Positions 1 through 14,393 of a stretch of DNA of 64,000 bases are shown piece after piece. This stretch comes from Azolla caroliniana (taxonomy: Eukaryota; Plantae; Polypodiophyta): the NCBI GenBank assembly GCA_043228905.1, contig JBHGNT010000014.1, positions 17,298,001 to 17,362,000 on the forward strand, given 5' to 3'. The notes under the pieces are model-generated. The model had not been told where the DNA came from and made no database searches. It saw only the letters and a list, made by a program, of their open reading frames with translations. The translations under genes were made by a program, and so were the position numbers. The stretch's first letter is position 1. Every line of letters starts with the position of its first letter.

Positions 1-1537
1 TTCTAAACATGGATATCAAACCTAGTTTCTCCCGCCATTTGGAGGACAAATTCAGTGCATCCGTGTGGAAGGCATGGTGTGACATTCGTCGGGGGCTCCA
101 GTGTGATCAACCGAGATCCGAATCTGCCCGGCTCAGTCAACGTATCCTATGGAACCCATGTCTCAAGGATGAATTTAATCAACTATTGGGATCACGTAAG
201 GGGTTGTCATGGGGATACATTGCAGAAGGTCTAGGCAAAAGTATTGAATGTTGGCGACGGTTTATGTCAATGCCACTACAAGATCAAGCGCCATGGAATC
301 AGGGGCGGATGGACTATGAGATCGGAAATCATTAACGCGCTACTAATTAGGGACTCTGCTACTCAAAGGACGACAATGGAGAAATGGATAGGCCACGAGG
401 AGGAGGGCTCTCTGATCCCGAGAGGTAGGGGATCACCAGACATGCTCGAAGGCCATGAAGTGAGAGACACTGAGACACCCACACAGAATAACGCCATTCG
501 AGTATTCGCGTACACTGGTCATAAATGGATTGTAGATCCTGATCCGATCAAAGTACAACCCGATTGGCATATATGTACTCATGAAAACACATGGCTGCGT
601 AAGGTCAGTTGGGACCCTTTGCAATGGACATGGCGTGATCCCTACGCGGGGCAAGGAAGCAAACCCATCCCTTTCTTCCAATTCACAACTAGATTGGGTC
701 GCCACATTCTAGCTGCTCAAGCCGCCCGAGAACCGGTTGCTGCAAAGGTCTGGCGCACATTTCAAGTTCCCTTCGCAATAATCACCAAGTTTTGGCAGAA
801 GATCTGGAAGCAACAACACGCGAGACGAATTACCACTTTCCAATGGCTGTTAATACATAAGGCCCTACCGGTGGGAGCATGGCAACGTGGGAACCTTAAC
901 TCTCCTAATTGTGTAGAGTGCCCACATTCAGTAGAATCCATACGACACGCTCTGTGGGACTGCCCAACGTCCCATAGAACATGGCGGGGGGTTGGCCGCT
1001 TGTTGTAGTTATGCCAGGTGCAAGGTTCAATCAAGTGGGGAAATATATGTTGGCTATCATGGCAGGTTGCAATTGGCCGATACGAGTATCAGGAGGAGGG
1101 GATGACTTTGGTGATAAAAGCACAATAGGTTCTTTTCTCCTCCAGTGACAATGTCCACTATTTTCCTCTTAATGACAAATCTCAAGAGGTGGTGGATTTG
1201 GTCAGCCCAATAACCCTTTGGATTCTATGGAAACAACGATGTAGGCGAGTCTTCTCCAACCAAACCACCCATCCAACAAGGTTACTGCAAGAGATATGGA
1301 GTGAAGTTGTAGCCACTCTGAAGAGCCAATATGATGGCCTTAAAGGTGGCTCCGAGGGAGTTGAAAGACAACGCATAGCCTTCATCCAACAATGGTCGTC
1401 CTCTCCCTTTCTTGAGTCAGTGGGCTTCCACATTAGATGGAACTATCGCGTCCCTTTAGGGATTTGTACATAATCGCCTCATTTGTAAAATTTTATAACT
1501 AATGGAAGGAGTTTTTTTTTTTTTGGAAAAAAAAAAA
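1..1537 (+). mobile_element. L1-clade LINE family 1, copy 1: 3' part of ORF2 (post-RT region and zf-RVT), 3' UTR and A-tail; pseudogenised; begins before the window
   Basis: ORFs 9-335, 244-1008 and 1189-1473 carry RRITTFQWLLIHKALPVG, CxxC-x-ESxxHxxxxC (CVECPHSVESIRHALWDC) and ITLWILWKQRCRRVF, which are typical of plant L1 ORF2 C-termini. It ends in T-run-GG-A-run at about 1513-1537. Confidence 0.9.
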
Positions 1538-4500
1538 CATATTGAAAGCCCAAAATGAGTTGAAATTATGTAGATGTAGTTAGACCTAAAATAGGCACCT
1601 TAATTTTTAATAGCTTGGCATGAAATTTCCGTATTGTAGGAAAACCCGATCATATTAATTATTTATCGTAACGCAAATACTCAATCATTAACTAGTGAGT
1701 GAGCAACCTTCTTCAATAATCTGAATCTCAATAGAAGCAAGTCCCAAAATGATTTCATGTGGCCACCACTTACCTAAAAAAAATCCTATGGTATGTCAAC
1801 GATATGAGCATCGATTTTAGAGGCCAACACATTCTAAGTTTGGAAATGGGAATCACATTAAAGGCCATTGTTTTTTATTGTCTTTTATTTGGCTCAGTGT
1901 TAACTAATAATTGTACAGGGATGGTATGAAGTCCAGTGGAGCAATTAAATTATTTTGATGATTTGGGAAATTCAACTTACGATGTTAATTTAAGGATTTG
2001 TTTAATGAAGGATAGAGACAAAAACCACACAGATACATGGACACATACCGAAACAATTTCAAATATAACTCGTCCAATTTGAAAGAGCCAAAGTAAGTTG
2101 ATGTGATATGGTAACATAGACATATTCTATGTATGTAAAACATAATCTTATTTGCCTTTTGAGTGAAAGTGAATATTTACATCACGAAAGGAACTCCTTA
2201 AGATACTTTAGGGCCAATGGTCTACAATATCCAATCTCCCAATAGTATTTAGATAAGCCTTTGACAAGTTTACAAAATGTCATTAATGAATAGATGATTG
2301 TAGAATAATGTTTAACGTCAAGTTTAGGAAACCTTTTGAGATATGTACAAGTCAAAGAAAAAGACACTAATATTCATTAAATACATGCCCAAAGTTTAGA
2401 CTTGTGAGATCAACATTCAAACTAAACTTATGTGTCAAAGGAGTGTGACGAAGGTGTCTTCCTTGTGTTCATTGTGCGTATCATTCAACGAAAGGTATAA
2501 TCCAAAGTGTTATCTAATGTCAATCATGGACTACCCTCACCTTTGTTGCAAAGCCACAACAACAATCTAGTGTGACTACACAATTGAGATTAGAGTATCC
2601 CTCCGACGCTCTCTTCAAAATGAAAATCTGATAGTTTGCATATGCTTTTATTAATTAATTTATTAAGGTATGTTGGCACCATCAATATGTGCCCCATGAA
2701 CCAATATATAGATTACAAGCAATTGTTGAGGAGTAATATTCATTCAACTATCTATTCACAAACCAAAGTGCCATTTGATGATGACTTTTTATGGTGAGAA
2801 GAATATAGCAAAATATTTGTGTAAGGTAAGAAATCAAGCTCTAATTCCATTGAGGATCAAGTATATATGCAACAAAGGTAAGAAGATTGTGTCAGTGTAC
2901 TTGTCATGTGTATATTGTGTGAGGAAATATTACACAGGTTTATGAAAGACAATGTTTTAACAAAGTAGGGATGGTTATACAATGGCAAAGCTACAAGTAA
3001 ACCATATAACTCAAGAATATATAAACCAACACTTATACAAGAGATGGGGAATGACTTTTATAGAACATCCTATGTGTACTTGCCTAGAAGTTTATGATAA
3101 CAGATCCACATTGATGGGAGAGTGAGTGGGATATCTAAAGTACCCACACCATTAATAGAAGGCATCTCCTATCTCTTTATTTCAAGGGTGGACTTTGCAC
3201 ACATGTGCCCCAAGGAGTGTGCGTTCATTCGTAGAAGGTGTGTGGTTAAGCTTGACATCAAACACATCTTTAAGTTCAATAGTATTGTACTATCATGAGA
3301 TGGTAATCTTGAATTTCGTGGTATAGTCACATATTATCATGCACTTCCCCTCAAGCTTGGTGGATCAAATGGACATAAGTTGATTGTTGTTGAGAGTTGT
3401 TTGCTCTTGTTTGGGTTGAGTGCCATCATTTTGTGAAATGTCCAATTTCAATGATTAACGTAGATATGGCAAAGTTGGCACAAAGCCCCATGTTCATTAT
3501 TTAAGGGAGCCCACATCTCTTCACACAAAGCCTCTGACATGTGATTGTTGTGAGTTGATTTTGCGAAGCTTTTCAACTTGAGATGGTTGAAACCTTCATC
3601 CTAACTCATAATGCTACCTAGGAATTTTCTCTTGAATTGAGCAATGTATTTGCTTGTTCTATGGATTTCTTTACCTTGGGGCAATCGCAAAATAGCAGGA
3701 TACATGTATGTTGGGAGGAACCTCAGGGGATTGGAACTAGGAGTGAGTATCCCGAAGGGGGCCTTATCTCTTTGGCCCCTCTTGACCTCAAAATCAAGAG
3801 ATAAATTAGCTTAGTGATAAATTTTTATTTTTATTTTTCCCAAAAAACCACTACTTCGCATTAGTTAGCAAATAGAATACAACAAAGTTTATCAATGGGA
3901 TCAACATATACAACTTGGAGAAACAACTCCAAAACTATCAACCAAAAATAGCAAAACTCCAAAACTATCAACAAAGAAACCTAAATTTCTAGGATTTTGT
4001 TATAACAAAGCCACATTAACTTCTCAAGTTTAAGTTGTTTGCTTGTCGCCATGGGTACAATTTAGTTTGACACCGTTCCCCCATTGCATATGTTCCTTTT
4101 GTAGCAAGGGATTTGTGGAAGAGAGATATTGGGGTCTTGTTTTAGCCAAATTCATGGAAGTTTGGTTTCCTTATCCTTCCTATGTGCACGATTATCGTCA
4201 TGAATGGGATGACTCAATGAGCACAATTTTATATTTTTAATATTATTGGCACAACACAAGGATTTGGCTAAGCCACTAGGTGAGGTGGTAGGGATGTGTC
4301 TTGTTGGGAATCCTCTATAGTTGAGGGAATTTTATATTTGTTAGATTAGGAGTCTAGTATGGACATTGTGTGTTTTAGAGTATCCTACTATTATGAGCCT
4401 TTTTTCCCCTATGTACTAAATAGTTGGCCTCTTGTGCTTTCTACACCGATTTTAGAGGGTACAACAAATAACAAGTGCACACTTGCCTTTCATTTCTTCA

Positions 4501-4796
4501 TAGGGGAATTAGCAAGTAAATGGTCATGGCCACGACCACAATTATGCCACCTAGCCTCTCATTGGAACAATGTAACCATTAAATGGTTGGTTGTTGCGAA
4601 TGTAGCATAGGTTGGCTAGTTTGTTGGGATCCTAAAATATCATAACACGCTCGATTGACATTTTGCATGCTTGGTGGGACACTCAATAACCATGTGTGGC
4701 CATTGACAATTAAAGAATTTTATTCCAAGACTATTCATTGGGCCTCAAGGTTCTCCTCTTTGGTTGTGAGTGCCATTTCTTAATGTGTACAAAAGA

Positions 4797-7700
4797 TGAT
4801 GCAAAAACGGGAACTCAGTCACAACCGAGTCGAATGTGGAATGGGTACAACCAAAAAAAGAGAGAAACATAAATGAATGTACACAAGATATTAACATGGA
4901 AAACCCCAAATCGGGTAAAAACCATGGGTGTCCACAGACACCAAACTGATCACTATGAGAAGGAAAGATACAAGATGAACTCACAGGCATTGACCTTGAG
5001 TTCGTCCACTTCGCCAACGTGTGGTTACAACAGAGACACTTTCGGTATCTCCCTCACTCTCTCATGGTTCGTCTATTTTGCTGTAGAGGCAACGACCTCG
5101 CACGCGCTGTACACAGTTACACAGACACACACAATTGAGCAATGAACAAAAACGACTCGTCTCTCTCTCTCTCTCTCATGCTCTACATAAGGTTTGCCCT
5201 AGTTATCTTTATACTTAGATAACTTTCGGGTTATTTACATAATTGCCTTAGTAGGCTCGACTCCAAAAACTATTTACATTTTTTGGATATTCATCCGGAC
5301 TTCATCTGGTTTCCAGCTGGGTGTAGCATTTTCCTTTATCCTGAATTCATCCCATCCGAAAGGGACCTAATTCTCAACAAACTCCCCCTTCACTTCGGAT
5401 GGGTCTCCACTAGTCCGACCGACTCCGACATGCTTCTAGCCTTACTGCTGTAAACACCTTTGTCAACATGTTGGATCTGTTCTCCTATGTGTGGATCTTC
5501 GTCAGAGCAAAATCCCCTTCTTCTACCAGTTCTTGGAGCCAATGATATCTTCTTTGAATATGCTTTGTCCTTGTGGTAGGCTACATTCTTTGCGAGGTGG
5601 ATGACACTTTGGTTGTCGCAGTGGAGTCAGAATTCACATTGTCGAATTCCCAACTCTCCAACAAACTCCTTCATCCATATGAGTTCCTTGCCGACTTCGA
5701 CAACTACCATGTACTCGACTTCCGTGATCGACAATGCCATGGCCTTCTGCAGCCTCAACTGCCATGAGACGGCTCCCCCTGCACAAGTTATCACATATTC
5801 GGACGTGGACCGGCTGGTATCTACATCAACTGACATGTCTAAGTCGGTAAAGCCTTCTAACATGGGGTTGCCTAAACCAAATCGAAGACACAATTGCTCG
5901 AGGTGCCTTTTAGGTACCGAAGTATCCACTTTACTGTTGCCCAATGCTCTCCCCTAGGGTTGCTCATGTATCGGTTGAAGACTCCGACAACATATCCGAT
6001 GTCCGGCCTGGTACATACTGTGAAAGTGTTTTTAGAATTCAAGGTATTGAAGTCTACAAGAATATAAGGTATGGTGCGTTCACATTTGGAGGACAAGGAC
6101 ATGAACTAACATCTCGTGGATAAGTCCAAATAAAAGCAATAAAGATGGAGAAAAGTAAAAGAAGAAAAAAGCGGGCACCAAAATGCAGTCTACAACGAAC
6201 ACCCATAACTCATTCGTTTGGAAGCCAAATATAATGTGTAAATATGGGTTAGAAAGCTTATGACGAGAGCTATCCGTAGCTGTTTAAAACTCTAAATTTG
6301 GAGCATGGATGAGGGAGATATGACGATTAGAAGATCATTGTGTCATAGCTAAGATTAGGAGATGGAAAAGCTGTAAAAAAAGCGTGGAAAAGAAAGCAAG
6401 CGAGACTTATCTACTAGAGGAGAACTTCATATAAAGCAAGAAGAGTGAGGTGGTGAAAAAGGGGCCTTTTTCTTGTGGGGTTTTTCTTGCCTATTCATGT
6501 AGTGTGTTTTTTCTAGTGATCAATTCATCCTTGTAGGCTTGAGTTTATGTATCTTCTTTCTCTTGTTTCTATGATCATCACTCCTTATTAATATATCTTT
6601 GTAGATTTGGGTTTCTATATCTTCCTTCTCTCTCTTTTCTATCATCATCTCTCTTTTCACATACCATTGCATACATCAGGCTTCCGACTGCTGAGGCATA
6701 AGACACCTTCATCATCTCAACTTTCTCTATCTTTGTCTTCAAACATTGTGTCGGTGATAACTTGATATTTGTCGGGAGTGTCGAACAGACCGGTTTCACG
6801 CTTTCCATGCTGAATCTTTGGAGCACCTTAGTCATGTATTTTTCTTGTGATAGCCATAACATCTTCTTTGTCCGATCCCGAATTATGTGTATCCCCAAGA
6901 TTTGTTTTGCTGGACCCATGTCTTTCATTGAGAATGACCTACTCAAGGCCTTCTTCAACATTTGAATCTTCACCTGGTCCCGTCCGACAATCAACATGTC
7001 ATCCACATATAGCAGGAGAATAAAACAATCTGCTCCATCGAACTTCTTCATAAACACACAGTGGTCGCCTGTGTTTTGTTGTATCTTTGATTGGCCATGA
7101 AGGATTCGAACTTCTAGTACCATTGTCGGGGAGCCAGCTTCACTCCATACATGCTCTTCCTCAACCGACACACCAAATTCCCTTTTCCCTTCTTTACGAA
7201 TCCTTCTGGTTGTTGCATATAGATTTTTTCCTCTAAATCCCCATGCAGAAATGTTGTCTTGACGTCCATCTATTCGACTTCTAAATCCATGTTGGTTGCT
7301 ATGCTCAACACTGTTCGAATGGAGGTCATTTTCACCACCGGGACAAATATTTCATCAAAATGAACACACTTCTTTTGTTGAAATCCTTTTACGACAATTC
7401 GGGCTTTATATCTAGGTGGATTCCCACCATCTCCTGGTTTTAGCTTGTAAACCCACTTGTTTCAGAGTGCTCTCTTCCCCTTTGGCAACTCCGTCAGCGC
7501 GTATGTGTGGTTTTCATGCAGGGAATCCATCTCGTCCTACATGGTCCTTAGTGACTCTTTGTTGTGGGTGTCTTTCTTTGCTTCTTTGAAGCTTTCTGGC
7601 TCCCCCTCGTCGGTTAACAACACATATTCTTTATCTGGAAATCTTCGGGGGGGCTTCTCTCTCTCAAAGGGTATTGCCTTCCTCTGTTTTCCTTAATTGG

Positions 7701-10119
7701 ATCACTGGGACCTTCCTCTTCTCCTTCGGCTGGTTCTTCATTTGGATTGGAATTGGCTTCTTCTTCTTCTTCTTGTTAGTTCCGACTTAGTGTCCGACTC
7801 AGATCGACTCTCCATGTTCTTCAGTCGGTTGTCGACTTCCGACTGTTCGGGAGGGTGTGTTCGACTCCTTCTCCCAGTTGACAATAGTCTTCTCCTCCAT
7901 GAAGACTATGCCTCAGCTCCGAATGACCTTCTTGTTGGTTAGGTTCTGTAGCCGAGAAATATGCATGGCCGAAATTTTGGATCCAATTTTCCTCTTTGAT
8001 CCTTAGCCACATGCACGTAGGCAAGACAACCGAACACCTTCAGGTGTCGGTATGAAAAGTCTTTGCCGGTCCACACTCTTTGTGGGACATCTCCGTCCAA
8101 GGGTGCTGAAGGTGATCTATTGATCACGTACACTACTGTCGTTAGCACCTCAACCCAAAACGTCTTGGACAACTTATCATGTGCTAGCATACTTAGAACC
8201 CTCTCCATAATGGTCAGGTTCATCCTCTCGACCAACCCGTTAAGTTCTTGCGTCTTCGGCACAGTGTACTCGAGTCAGATTCCTTTCGCCCAATAGTATT
8301 GTTTGAATTGTCCTCTGTATTCTCCACCGTTGCCGGCTCGAATTGCTTTCAGTTGTCGGCCGGTCTCTCGTTCGACTCTTACTTGGAACTCTCTGAAGAT
8401 TGACAATACTTGGTCCTTGGTCTTTAGTACGGAAGCCCACATCTTCCGACTGCAGTCGTCAATGAAGGTCACAAAATATTGTGAGCCAACATGTGACTTG
8501 GTGTTGACATAACATAGGTCGGTGTGCACGAGTTCTAGTGGCATTTTCTTCCTAGTCTGGGGCCTGGTTCGGAAGGAGGTTCTATTTTGTTTGCCGGCTA
8601 GGAAATCCGTGCACTTCTTGAGTTGCACGTTCTTCACCTCCGGAATGAGGTTGTCATCGACAAGTCTTCGCATCCCCTTCTCACTCATGTGACACAAACT
8701 CTTGTGCCACAACTCGCCGACACTGTCAGAGTTGACTACCACATTAGCTTTTGACCGACATATCCGAGCGTGCATTAAGTACAATGTGCTCGTCTTCCGG
8801 CCTCGACCCAGTATCAAGATCCCTTTGCTGAACTTCATGATTGTATTCCGGATGCTACCCATGTAGCCTTCGTCATCCAGCCGACCGACTGATATTAGGT
8901 TCAGTTGAACCTCCAGAACGTGTCAGACATCTTTCAGTATCAGTCGACGTTACCAAGCACACATCTCCAATGCCGACAATTCGGCATGCAACTTCGTTTC
9001 CCATCCTTACAAGGCCATGGTTTCCCACCTTGTAGGATGAGAAGCACTTTCTGTCAAGAGTTAGGTGGAATGACACACCCAAATCAACTACCCATGTCGA
9101 TTCATTGTCAACAAGATTCAATTTGTTCTGCTCACTTATGAACAACAATTCCTCCTCACTTGTTGCAATAGCCGACATGTCTTTCTAATCCGAACTCTTC
9201 TTCGAGTCGGCACCGTCGGCTCCCCCTTTCTCCTTTCGTGCCCTGGCTTTCCACAGTAAAAGCACGTAGGCATTCCCCTCGACTTCGACCTCGTCCGCGA
9301 CTTCTCTCGGTTTTGGAGACTTTGATTTCGGCCTCTTCCTATATGTTTATCACTTTCCGTGACTAGGGCCTTCGGGTCAAAAATTGCCTCCCTGTCCTTC
9401 CAACGAGTTTCCTCATTCAGCAAGCTCGATTTCACCTTCTCTAGGGTGAGATGTTTCCCTTCCGGTCCTACAAGTCCTAGTGTGACAACAAGTTTCTCCC
9501 AATTGTCCAGAAGGGATCCAAGTAATAAAAGTGCTAATACCTCATCGGTGAGAGGTACTTCTAGAGAAGTGGTTAGAATGGGTACAAGCAAACAAAGAGA
9601 GAAACAGAAATGAACATACACAAGATATTAACGTGGAAAACCCCAAATCGGGTAAAAACCACAGGTGCCCATAGACACCAAACCAATCACTATGAGAAGG
9701 AAAGATACAAGATGAACTCATAGGAACTAACCTTGAGTTCATCCACTTCGCAAATAGGAGGTTACAACAGAGACACTCTCGGTATCTCTCTCACTCTCTC
9801 ACACTTCGTCTATTCTGTTGTAGAGGCAATGACCTCGCACGCGTTGTACACAGTTACAAGACACACACAACTGAGCAATGAACAAAAACGACTCTAATCT
9901 CTCTCTCTCTCTCTCTCACGCTCTACATAAGGTTTTCCCTAGTTATCTTTATACTTAGATAACTTTCGGGTTATTTACATAACTGCCTTAGTGTGCTCGA
10001 CTCAAAAGACTATTTACATTTTCCGGATACTCACCCGGACTTCATCCGGTTTCCGACTGGGTGTAGCATTTTCCTTTATCCTGAATTCGGCCCATCCGAA
10101 AGTGACCTAATTCTCAACA
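4797..10119 (-). mobile_element. Decayed Ty1/copia LTR retrotransposon (Tnt1/Tork-like), related to Copia-A, C and E
   Basis: LTRs at about 4797-5379 and 9570-10119, both ending ...ctaattctcaaca on the + strand. PPT aactccccctt follows 5379. Minus-strand fragments give gag with zinc knuckle (CFYCGKPGH), protease, integrase (LELVHTD, NGGEY), RT (LLLYVDDMLI) and RNase H (GGAVSWQ). Candidate TSD is aaaga (4792-4796) / aacga (10120-10124), one mismatch. Confidence 0.9.
6019..6659. mobile_element. Probable solo LTR inserted in the Copia RT/RNase H junction
   Basis: About 640 bp with TG...CA ends (tgtgaaag...cttttca), flanked by catac (6014-6018, 6660-6664). It splits the MVCTRPDI codons of the host Copia. 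Confidence 0.75.
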
Positions 10120-12399
10120 AACGATAGATGTTGCATTTGTTTCTTTCTAATGTGCGAACACTTCCTTGTTGGGGTTTTTATCATTCTTCCCATAAGTCCT
10201 ATTACCTTGATATCGCAAGGTGTCCCCCCAACTTGACATTTGTTCATGTAAACATGTGAGGTTTTTTTATGTGCATTGCAATTCTAGGTAACGATGGTTG
10301 TTGGGGTAGGATAGTGGGTGGAATTATGCGAGAAGGTGACTTAGGGTGTTCACCATATGACTTTTGTCCAAATTCCTCATCAAGGGACTTCCAATAGTTC
10401 TTGGGGCTATGCACAATAAATGCCTTGCACCACTTACAGAAAAGTGTCCTACATTGATGTAACTATGGATGTTCATGTTGCTTTTGATGATCATGACATG
10501 TAGAGCAATGTATGTTCTCTTGAACACCATATTTAGAGGACTGCTCTACTTCCATTGTATGATGAGTGGGAATATGGGGGCATATGATTTGTCCCCTAAG
10601 GTTCGTGGCCGTCTCAGTAGGTGTTTGCAAACCTACAATTGAAGGTTCTAACCTCATAACTACCTTGCACACATTGTTGAAGTTTGACACTAGTTTGTAG
10701 TGAGGAAATTTTGTAAGGTAGGATTGTAACCCATGGATGAAATTATTTATGAGTATTTCCTTAGTTATCTTGTCATTGACGTCATAGATATTATGTAGGC
10801 TTTTAGTTTGACATTAGATGGTTTAGTATGAGCTCTATAAGATGGTTCAAGTTGAGGATTAAAACTTCAATCTACACGATGGTGTGTGCACATAAGTCTA
10901 GTTGAGTTTTTCATACCTCAACAAGAATTTGACTTTGACTAGGTACATGATGGTTCTATTTGAGGCTTTTTAATCCTCAATATGGTGGTGTTTCTATTCA
11001 GTGTTTTAGCCTCAATACAATGGTTTCTGTTGAGGTTCTCAACCTTAACATGATTTGTTGTTGACTACATGATAGAAGCAAATGTCTACACGACAAAATT
11101 AGTTGAAAGGTTATGAGACAAAAGTCAACACGATAGTTTTTTGTTGATTGACACTTTATACTATGGCTCAACATGATAAGGGTGAGGGTGACTTCATATG
11201 TTTATTCGTGCCAAAACCTTAAAGCCCTTGAAGCGCAAGCTTTGGAAGGTACACTTCTTGTTCAAGGACTAGATCCTCATAGGAAAACAATATACTTAAT
11301 AATCTTAACTACATATTAATACTAATAAATGGTTATGGTTAAAATAAGTGTTACACTACTAACAAGTGGGATAACCACTAAAACGAACTCTAATTACTCA
11401 ATGAACTAATTACAAGTACAAGATGAGATCCTAACATTTAATCACAAAGAGATCCTAACATTTTTGCCAATGTGCCATGGATAGTTTGGACAATCCACAA
11501 ACCATAGCGTAGCAGCCACAACCATTCTCTTATTCTCCCTTTGCATTCTTCAACAAGTTCCTTTAGGAAAAGCATCAAGGTTATAAGCCCTCACTAAGAA
11601 GCATGCTAGAAAGTTGTGAAAAGTGATCCTTTGCTTCATTAACATCCAATTTGCCCATGTTAGCCACAATCTTCCCCATACATTGTATATCAATGCATGA
11701 CATCATCTAGCATGAATTTGCACACAATGTACTTGTCTTATTTCTCAAAGCTCATTGCTCTACCTAGTTCATATGGTTCTCCCTTGAAAGCACCAAATAC
11801 TTCATTTTCTATAGTCCCATGGGCATCACCACAATATAAACCATCCACATGGAATGCATTGCTAGAGAGTCCGTCAAATGAAATCCATCTTTACAAATTT
11901 GAGTGCATATGGTAGTTTTGAGTGTCTCTACCAAGTGCTCTGTACTGTTGGCGACTGATACTTCTTTTTGAGTTTCTCAAATATTACCCAAATGACCTTC
12001 TTAACCACAAGATATCATGAGATTCAATAAGAAAAATGGTCTTTTATTCTCGCATGCACACCAACTTTGGTGATATTCGAATCCTCTTCTTTGGTACTTC
12101 TACAAATTCCCTTCATGCGAAAAGATCTCATATGTTTTCTTCCAGATCCATTGAGTTTCTTCCCTCTATCATGAGGCATCTATAACATTTGAATTTAAAA
12201 GCTCCCTATATGTAGCCATTCTCCCTCATATTGAACAACACTCTCCATTTCCATCAAACCCTATTTGACAATGTTCTCCATCTCCCCATTTGTATTGTCC
12301 TACACTAGTCCGACACTATAATTGTCCTTCAAACCAACATCCCTATCTTAAAAATCTATTCTAGAATTACTCTTAAACTATCATGATTTCTATCATAAT

Positions 12400-12830
12400 T
12401 CACATTAGTAGTTAGGAAATGGAGAAAACTCTTCTCATATTGACTCTAAACTTGTATGTAGACCACATTATTGTCCACCATTTTGAACTCCATTCTCGTA
12501 GTCGTAATTTAGGGTTAGAAAGGATAATGGAGTGAAAAGTGGAGTCCTTGACGAAAACATGTTGGTCAATGGTCATGTCTTCAATTGTCCCTTTTATGTT
12601 TGGCAATCCCCTTGAGACGGCCCTTGAAATTCTTAGGTTGCACATATTACAGCCCCTGATTTTCCATCCATGATGCGTGTTACTTGGCCATTGCCCCTTT
12701 TGGTACAACCTGCATGACGTGAGGTTAATATTTAAACCATGGTCAAATAACACCACTGTGGGTTCTTTGATTTCTCCAATCCAAACTAGGGTCTTAGTCA
12801 TTGCTTGCACCTAATGTGACGTGGTGTGAC
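12400..12830 (-). pseudogene. Highly decayed Gypsy aspartic-protease fragment related to the Gypsy-B protease
   Basis: ORF 12412-12810 (IGEIKEPTVVLFDHGLNINL...KGQWPSNTHHGWKIR) aligns by eye with 38722-39150 (IGDVQEPVVALVDHGSEINL...KGKWPVNTKHGWKIR). Confidence 0.75.
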
Positions 12831-14282
12831 AATATTAGTCACCTCTTCATCACTATTGAACCCTTTCTTGGTGATGACATTAGTTGCCATATTGATTGGA
12901 CTTCCACCATCACAATTAGTTGTTGTATTGAAGTGTTTGAGGGTGAGATCCACATGACAATTTATACTGAAGTTCAACCCTCAACATGATGGTTGTAGGT
13001 GAGCTCCATACAACAATTCATATTGGAATTTTTAAAATCAACACGATGGTTGTGGGTGAGGCCCACATGATCATTTATGTTGAAATTTTTAAATATCAAC
13101 ACATTGGTTCATGTGAGCGCCAAATTATGGTCGTATTTGAGGTTTCTAAACCTTAACAAGATGGGAATAAGTTGTCTCTACACATGACTACTATGTGCTC
13201 CACACAATGGTTTGCTTGATAGAAGGAAGGTGTTATGAGCTAGAGTCAACCAGATGGTTCATGTTCACTACTTTGACCTATACACAATGTTTCGACATGA
13301 AAGAGTGAATGGTGGGTTGATGTGGTTGTCTTTTCCAACATTATAGACTCGCTTTTATGTCAAATTCTTCACAACTTAGCGCTTGTATGTGTACTCATAT
13401 TTTGTATCGTACTATTTGATCGCTTGGGATGAGAATATAGTTAAGTGGCCTTGTACACGATGGTTCGAGATGAAAGAGTGAATGATGTGTTGATGTGGTT
13501 GCGTATGCCAACATTATATAGCTTTTATGGGAAATTCTTCAAAGGTGCACTTGAAACTCATAACTGTACTAATAATCTCAATCATACTACTAGATTGGCT
13601 TGGTAAGATAATATAGTTATGGACTTCAACTGTTGATTAGTTCTAATCCATAGTTATGGCTATAATTAAATGATAAGTAAAGTGATTATGAGCACAATTA
13701 ATCACTTCTTGCGTTAATGAATGAGAGAAAAAGAAAAGAGAAAACAATGCCTAAAAATGTGAGCACTAATACTCATTAATATTTATTTACTAATGTAAAT
13801 CATGAAAGAAAGAAAAAATAAGACAACAAAAAAAACAACGATTGAGATTGAGTATTGTTTTGCTTTATCCCCTTAGCCTATATGTAGCCGTGGGAAATTA
13901 TGAAAAGCTCATTACTAGATTCAAGTAGTGATTCTAATCCCCAACAATAGCCTCAAAGATGTTAACGTCTTTTGATACCCTTAATGAAAGCTACTTCTTA
14001 CTTGGGTGTTCTTCTTGAGAATCAAGTCAAGGTCAACATACCACCATCTGACTTTTCACTGTGCGACTAGTTACAAAAGCAAAAGAAAGGAGCACCAATA
14101 CAAGAAATAACCAACATGATTTCACTTCAATTAATCCACACTTAGAATAATTACAAGTTATAATGATCACGGTTATACTTGGAGGCTACACTTGGACTAG
14201 AGATAAACATCAAAGATCAAGGAAGAATGTGATTACAAGTATGAATCAAAAGAACTTTAGAGTAGGGGGAAGCCAAGAATAT

Positions 14283-14393
14283 AAATAGTCAAAAATGTAA
14301 AAGAAGTATAAAAATGAATGCATAAACTTTTATTTAAATAGTTAAATAGTCAAAATGTAAAAGAAATATAAAAATGAATGCATAAACTTTTAT
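14283..14393. repeat. Two-copy tandem duplication, period about 61 bp
   Basis: aaatagtcaaaa(a)tgtaaaagaa(g/a)tataaaaatgaatgcataaacttttat occurs twice. Confidence 0.8.
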
